Below are positions 56,897 through 64,000 of a stretch of DNA of 64,000 nucleotides, piece by piece (position 1 is the first letter of the stretch; each line of letters opens with the position of its first letter). The notes beneath the pieces were generated by a model. That model made no database searches, was not told the DNA's origin, and saw nothing but the letters and a program-made list of their open reading frames with translations. Origin of the DNA: Octopus sinensis (taxonomy: Eukaryota). Both the position numbers and the translations under genes were made by a program. Location of the stretch: positions 48,484,001 through 48,548,000 of the forward strand of contig NC_042999.1 of the NCBI RefSeq assembly GCF_006345805.1, read 5' to 3'.

Positions 56897-57800
56897 ATGC
56901 CATGCACAAAAAAATTCAGCAGAACTTTCAGATTTTCAAAGAAGTTGTATTGCTGGGCAATCTGAGGTTGGTTTTTGCCAGCGAAAATTTGCTGAAAATC
57001 TTCAAATTCCTCTTGCTACTGTAAGTAGTGTTATAGTGCAATTCAAAAACCAAGGAAAAGAATCAACAGATTCTCATCCCGGCTGACCTGGGCCTTTTGC
57101 TGTTTGAAGAGAATTGTGGAAAACGAACCCCGTTCAAATGCTTCAGATATTGCAAAACAGCTAGAAGTTAGTCCAAGAATGTGTTATATATCTGCATAAG
57201 TTTTGGTATTATGTACAAGCCGATTGAAGAAAACCTCTCCTTCAACCAATTAATATCAAGAAAAGAAAGATATGAAGAGATGCCACAAAAATTCAGTTCA
57301 TTTTGGGATAGAGCGATTTTCTCATTTGATTTGCATTATTCTCAGACAGTGTACGTGTTTGGATCTAGAGACTTCCCAATCAAGAAGTTGATTTGAAACG
57401 ACTCCAACCAACTATTAAACATGCCAGTATCTCTGTACTGGTATTGGGAGTTGTCACAAGCAATGGTCGTTCTGAGCTGATTGAATGTGTTGGAACCATA
57501 AACTCTGAAAAATACATCGAAATACATAATCAAGGCCTACTTCCGATGTATTTACATAATAACATAACGAAAAATGAGTTTTTATTCATGGAAGATGAGG
57601 CTCCATAGCATACAGCGAAAAGGAATCAACAAGGGCTGATTGAAAATGAGATGAAAAAGCTTCTTTGGCCGAGCAAATCACCTGATATGAACCCAATTGA
57701 AAATCTTTGGAGGATACGAGATAGAGCTAGGTGAATTCTTTCGATTGTTGAATGAAAAGTGGGCAAATATTCCAAAAAGCTCATCAGTTCTATGCCAAAT
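56897..57800 (+). pseudogene. Tc1-type (DD34E) transposase remnant
   Basis: ELSDFQRSCI...IPLATVSSVI (HTH), [31 protein letters not shown]. Confidence 0.85.
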
Positions 57801-57803
57801 AGT

Positions 57804-58085
57804 CATGACATGTCGGGAGGATTTGCCTGGGCAGGAAAATCCATAACATTACATGACATGTCACGGATTCACCAGAGGGGCACACACAATCCATAGCATT
57901 ACATGACATGTCACGGATTCGCCAGAGGGGCAGGAGCAACCCATAACATTACATGACATGTCGGGGATTTGTCACAGGGGCAGGGGCAACCCACAACATT
58001 ACATGACATGCCGGAGATTCGCCAGAGGGGTAGGCCTAAACCATAACATTACATGACATGTCACGGATTCGCCAGAGGGGCAGAC
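57804..58085. repeat. GC-richer 50-bp tandem repeat, about 6 units
   Basis: catgacatg starts at 57804, 57852, 57902, 57952, 58002 and 58052. Confidence 0.95.
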
Positions 58086-58948
58086 CGTACATTTTCCGTG
58101 GTTTTACAGCTGCTGTTTTAAGCATTGAGTAGCCTTTGAGATACATGTATCAGATAATTATTTGGGCAACATTAATTTACGAGAACTTTATATTATCGGT
58201 ACAACACATTTGACAAAGCATTAGCTAAATATCATAATTTTCTGTATCACATGTCCATTTTTCTTTCATTGGTCCATATATTGATTGGGACTTAAAGAAG
58301 TGATAATATATGTCTACGTATAATTATTTATGTTTACGTATATGCATGTACGTCTGAGCGTATGTGTGCCTATGAAAGCACTTCTATGTGAGGGGAAATA
58401 ACAGCGCACTTTAGCCTCGACCTTGTGACTTTCTTTTACGTTGATATAGTAACTATTTCCATTTTTCCCTTTTATCTCTGTTTTACTATCTGGTTTTCAT
58501 TTTAAGAGCGTCAAACTGTCTTCCATTTGCACAAACATGCGAGGGACATGTGTGTGTGAACGTGTGTGTGCGTGTGTGAAAGAGAGAGTGTGTGTGTTAG
58601 TGTGATTCTACATGTATCTAAACTACAAACGAAAGATTTACTATTTACTGATGACGTCTTCATTTTCCAGCATCCATCAGTGCTGCGTATGTGTAATAGC
58701 AGTTTGTTAGTTCAACTAATCCTGCATCATTCTGTAACAATCGCAAAAAGCTCTTACTTTTTATATTCTGAGGAAGACCTAAGAAATGTGAAACTAATGG
58801 AGTAACAAGTCACATGTTATGCGTGTGTGTGTCTGTGCGTGTGTATGAGTGTGTATGTTTGAATGTGAGTGTATATATATATATATGTGTGTGTTTGTGT
58901 GTGTGTGTGTATGTCTGTGTGTGTATACAGACGTATATATATGTATAT

Positions 58949-59013
<65 letters not shown>

Positions 59014-60435
59014 GAACATCTGTGCAGCATCGATATTCTTCCCTGTGTCTGTGGAATTCTTTTATCTCTGCCGTAAGACTCATTTCCAAACACGCCAGCT
59101 GAATTCAATTCGTCCCCAGTCGAAAGACACCTGTTGTTGTGTCCTGTTATTATTATTTTTACTTCTAATTTATATATATTTTATTTATATTTGTGTAACA
59201 TTGTCTGTTTTTCCGTCCTTGTTTTTGTATACATTCGATGATTTCTTGCAAGGAATCTAATGCTCCTAGCTTAGTTTTTTTCTTTGGGGCTGGCCAGATT
59301 GGAGCATTCTCAAGATTAATCAGCCGAAATTGCGACGATGATCAGGTTCTTGACTGAAGATAGAAAGCTTCGAATGACCCGTTCTTGTTTTTTTTTTTTG
59401 TATCGTCTATCTGGATGTTTTCTTGTCCCTTTTTGTATCACCTAGTTTTCCGTATGTTTTGCGTTCCCATTTTGTATTATATATATATACTATTAACAAT
59501 GAAGTTCAATATTGCTTGCTTGCAATGTTACACAGCCGAACTGGAGCATATTAGGAAAATACTTTGAATGTAAATTGCCCATGAAATGTGAATACAAACT
59601 GAATAAGACAAGTTAAATCGTACCAGTTGTTCAGATATTCGGTGTTTTGTGTGTGCGTAATGGTAAAATACTCCGAATGTGACTTCACCCTCCAAGGGAA
59701 GAAACACTAAACTTTACATTAAACGCATTATGATAGGCAAAATATTTTATAGTCAAAATGACTTTAAATTACGCTAAATATTTTGCGAAAGAACTCTTCG
59801 TAGCCTTGTTGTGAAATAGTTTTTTCCATAGGTTTTTTGCAAGTGCATTCAACTTATCTCACTTCCAAAGATTTAGCTGCTATTTCTGGCACATCCTACC
59901 ACCACGTAACAGCTACTTGTGATAAAGGATCCAAAATACCTGTTACATGGTAGCAGGGCGTGTAAAAAATAGCAACCAACTCTTTCCTTTAAGCAGCAGT
60001 TTACGCGTGTTTCTGATGTTACATTCGGTGAAAACATGCCAAATAACATGGTAAAGAAAGAAACCCAGGAAACAAAACTGCGTTGCCGGGAAAATCAGAT
60101 TTCCCCGGTGACCCAACGGGTCAGGGATACTCTGGTATATGTGTGTGTATATGTGTGTATGTGTGTGTGGTTGGAGGGGAATAGTATTTGTCAAAAGGGA
60201 TAGGAGAGGAAAGAAGATAGAATGAAAGAAAGAGGAAGAAAAATGAAAAAAGGATTGCTAGATGGTGTTTGAGATATTGTGAGGAGCTTGGGAGAGGAGA
60301 GCTATCACGATGAAAGGATAGCGGTAGGGGATAGAAGGATAAGTATGCAAGGAAACAATATGTGTGAGAAGGGGGTGATATATTTGAAAGGCTCTAAGAT
60401 GTGGGATATTCTTTTCCTACATTCTTATCTCTTCA

Positions 60436-60725
60436 GGTGCAGGAATGGGTGTGTGGTAAGAAACTTGCTTCTAAACCACATAGTTCCGGGTTCTGACACA
60501 GTGCGTGGCACCTTGGGCAACTCTGTTCTACTATAGCCTCGGGCCGACCAAAGCCTTGTGAGTGGATATGGTAGACGGAAACTGAAAGAAGCCCCTTGTA
60601 TATAAATATATGTATATATATCTTTTTGTATGTATACCTGCCATCGCTTGACAGCCGATATTTGTTTGTGTTCGTCCTCGTTACTTAGCGGTTCTACAAA
60701 GGAGACCGACAGAATAACTACTGTA
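60436..60725 (+). mobile_element. tRNA-derived SINE (second family): head, TA-rich linker, tail
   Basis: gtgtggtaagaaacttgcttc...gttccgggttc...ggaaactgaaagaagcc, (TA)-rich tract, then catcgcttgacagccg...gagaccgacagaata. Confidence 0.8.
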
Positions 60726-60831
60726 TGGGTGCCATTTTATATTTCTAATTTCGTGAATGTCCATTGTTTCTTTTGTCGAGTACTTAGCAAAGTAGGGTCG
60801 GTTGGGCGCCGTCTGTGAGAAAATCATCACA

Positions 60832-61769
60832 ATGTCGCAATTCCCTCTGCCGAAATTTTAGAAATGACATGCTGTACTGCTTGACATTCGCGCTGCAAGC
60901 TCCTATACAAATATTTCAGATCGTTTGGGTGTCAATCTGACGGCAAAGTAAAGGACTCGGAGAGGGTTCGATGAACCTAATGGTGATTACGAAGGTACGG
61001 CAACTCGGTAGATTTCTTCTGATTTTTCTTAATTTGTTGGTCAGGTCCAGACCAAGATTGACCCCCATCGCTCCACGTCAATGAGTTCCATCGCCAGAGA
61101 GATGGGAGTGTCTGAGTTTCTTATCAGGTATGTAGTGCATGCAGACATTCGATGTTCTTCATACAAAGTAGGAAAGGGTCAATGTTTATGCCAAGACATA
61201 AAGCACATATGAAAAGACCGCGCAACGAAGCTTTTGAACAAACTCGAACATCTCCAACTGAACATGCTTTGGTTTTTCTCAGAGGAGAAAAAATTCTGCC
61301 AGGATCAGATAGTGAACACACAGAAAACCCGTTGGTTTGCTGTATTTCCAAAACATGTACCGAGTGTTATATAAATCAAACATCCATTCAACATCATGTT
61401 GTTTGGAGTGATCACTAGTGATGCGACGTTATGCATTCATCTTCCCACACAGACTCCCACTCATTACAAAGGCCTGAATCAAATTCCTGGAGGAGCTAGT
61501 GCTGCCCTGGGTAAAGAGGGTAGCTGCTGGAAGACCCTATGTCTTGCATTAGGACTCTGCACCAAGACTGCAACACACTTGATTATTATTTGTGGAGCGC
61601 CGTTGAGCGAGAGACCGTCAATACTCCTTGTAACATCAAAAGTGAACTGAAGGCAAGTATTATGGCAGCATTTACCGACTTACACAAGGAGAATATCCAG
61701 AAAATTTGCAGGAGATTCTGAAATCATTTGTAGGTCGTAGTTGGAGCCAAAGGCGATTTTATCGAATAA
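60832..61769 (+). pseudogene. maT/DD37D-like Tc1-mariner transposase, almost full span, decayed
   Basis: MSQFPLP..., SIAREMGVSEFLIR, WFFSEEKKFCQDQ, IMLFGVITSD, DCNTLDYYLWSAVERE, GDFIE*. Confidence 0.8.
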
Positions 61770-61904
61770 ATTTACTCTTTAGTATTTGGAGATATATTTA
61801 TGTAATTTTGGGAAATATATCTGCTAAAATGAAATTAAAATGAAATTGCTATCTGTTAAATGGGATAGCAATTTCATTTTTCCGCAATTTATTCACAACA
61901 CCCG

Positions 61905-62277
61905 AAATGTTTGGGGAGGGGGCCAGTAGATTAGATCGACCCCAGTGTACATGTGGTACATAATTTATCGACCCCGAAAAGATGAAAGGCAAATTCCGAC
62001 CTCGGGGAATTTGAACTCAGAACGTAGAGGCAGACGAAATACCTATTTCTTTACTACCCACAAGGGGCTAAACACAGAGAGGACAATGAAGGAAAGACAA
62101 ACGCATTAAGTCGATTATATCGACCCCAGTGCGTAACTGGTACTTATTCAATCGACCTCGAAAGAATGAAAGGCAAAGTCGACCTCGGCGGAATTTGAAC
62201 TCAGAACGTAGCGGCAGACGAAATACCGCAAAGCATTTCGTCCGGCGTGCTAACGTTTCTGCCAGTTTACCGCCTTA
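61905..62277 (-). mobile_element. SINE dimer: full monomer plus headless second monomer
   Basis: Junction at 62043/62044, minus-strand aaagaaata|ggtatttcgtctgcc; second unit has the alternative tail. Confidence 0.85.
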
Positions 62278-62419
62278 ATACGTTACATATATTACATATA
62301 TGAAATATAATAGTTTGCCGAATCGTTTCCCTGTAAATACATCGGAGTCTAAGTTTGAATTGAGGGTACAACTGTCTTTTATACTGTTAATCCCTGGACC
62401 TCATATATTGAATAAAAAT

Positions 62420-62494
<75 letters not shown>

Positions 62495-63864
62495 CTATAT
62501 AAAAATTGAGTTTTCCAATGCAACACCCTTTATCGAATTCGAAATATTACTAGTGTAACATTCACATCATATGTGTTTAACTCAATAAACTCAATATGAA
62601 GTAATCAATTTCTTTTTTCATTAGACATTAATTGTAAATTTGTGATTTGGTTTCAATAATTATTATAAGAATTAACTGAAATTCCATTTATCATCATTTA
62701 AATGACTCTCTAATACATAACACATTAATTTACGGTTTTAATTAGAAATAATTTTTATTTTATTTATTTCGAGTTTTGTTTTATAATTTAAAAGAGTCTT
62801 CAAGAGGTTATTTTCCTTATGTCCTGTAAACTAATTAATAAATCAAATAATTATAGTTTCCTTCATTAACAAAATAATAAATTTGTATTGATTAATATAA
62901 TTTTTATTGATTACTCTTAATTAGTATTTCGATACGAATTAATGTGCAAGGATTATCTAGTCGCTTCGAATTCTTATTCTTTGTTCTTCAAAGTGCATAA
63001 TCAATATCTACTGATTAAATAGGAAATATCTACAAAAGTAGTTGTTGTCTACTCCCATTCGAGCTGTAATGGGCGTACACAAGGAAATATGTTGTAGCAG
63101 TGACTAAAAATCTATAAGAAAAAATGCTTTCATTTCCTAATGCCTTTATTTCCTTTATTTCCTAATCCCTTTATTTCCTTTATTTCTCTAAGTAAATTTG
63201 ACGAGTGTATGACGTAAGCTTTAGCTGGTACCTGTAGCAAGTTCATTAGCCACATAAAAGCCTCCTGAGCTGTTGAAGTATGTTTCACTAACACGTTGGA
63301 ATCTGTTGATTATAAAGAAATTTACTTGTTTTGCTACTTTGCCTCTAGTCATCAATGATAGAAAATATAAGTCATTAATCATGATAAAGAAAATGCCATT
63401 TATGTTTATAATTTGTATACATTATACAGCATGTAATTCAGTCTCAAACCGGTTAGATTTAACAATGTTTGGTAGCTATTCCTGGATAGAGCATATAATA
63501 TAGAATATTGTTTCCTAAACATTTGCTAATACTGCAATTCTTTCATGTCAAGTCAATTTAGGCATCACTCCTTAAATCAGCTTAGCTTTCGAAAGCAGGT
63601 GATGCTAAGTTTGTATCTCGCACATTTTGTATTTTAGAGGAAATAATTATTTTCAAATAAATGCATAGACAACATGATCACAGTTATTGACAAACTTAAA
63701 AATTAATTGCATGAAAATTACTATCTTCATATGACTATCAAAAATGGAATTTACATAAAACTCAGAACGATAAGTTTATGTATTGGATTTGCCGATTTAA
63801 AAAAAATCTTCGATTTTGCGACTTGATTTCTGAGCGCAAATCAGATGGCATAAGCCACACATGC

Positions 63865-64000
63865 TAACCTACGTGCGTAAGCGAAAGCAGGGTGTATTTA
63901 ATCATTCGCCTTTGTTTGTCTGTGTTTATTTCAAAATTACGTTATGACGGCAGAACGGATTTTCACCAAATTTGGCAGAAATACTCTTTGGGTGAGTGGC
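63865..64000 (+). mobile_element. Possible Helentron-associated (HINE/DINE-like) element start, runs off the window
   Basis: Short hairpin cctacgtgcgtaagcgaaagcaggg, then tttgtttgtctg and gaacggattttcaccaaatttgg, typical of this class. Confidence 0.4.

Noticed and set aside
57804-58085. CRISPR-like repeat/spacer appearance
   Set aside because: The variable segments are homologous to each other, there are no cas genes and the context is eukaryotic. It is a tandem repeat.

Overview
AT-rich, microsatellite-dense eukaryotic DNA. From recalled resemblance of its tRNA-derived SINEs and other repeats, it is most likely octopus/coleoid cephalopod (inference, no search run). I found no intact host protein-coding gene, rRNA, true tRNA or CRISPR array. 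Recognisable coding sequence is all decayed transposon: an RTE LINE (5.1-7.4 kb), a Buster-type hAT transposase (8.0-8.9 kb), a Helitron Rep/helicase with an intact 3' terminus (15.0-20.4 kb), several R4/Dong-type LINE pieces in (TAA)n tracts, three Penelope-like fragments and several Tc1/mariner/maT remnants. Most notable observations: (1) a (TAA)n-targeted retroelement cluster that includes four copies of a non-coding ~0.5 kb element with a fixed 3' end and variable 5' truncation; (2) a GGATC-ended, 8-bp-TSD DNA transposon family whose outer ends may delimit a 7.9 kb composite; (3) several long or near-perfect hairpins; (4) a recurrent SINE dimer junction; (5) hammerhead-like cores at Penelope termini; (6) a 50-bp modular tandem array. 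Coordinates and identities were read by eye and are approximate unless stated as exact.
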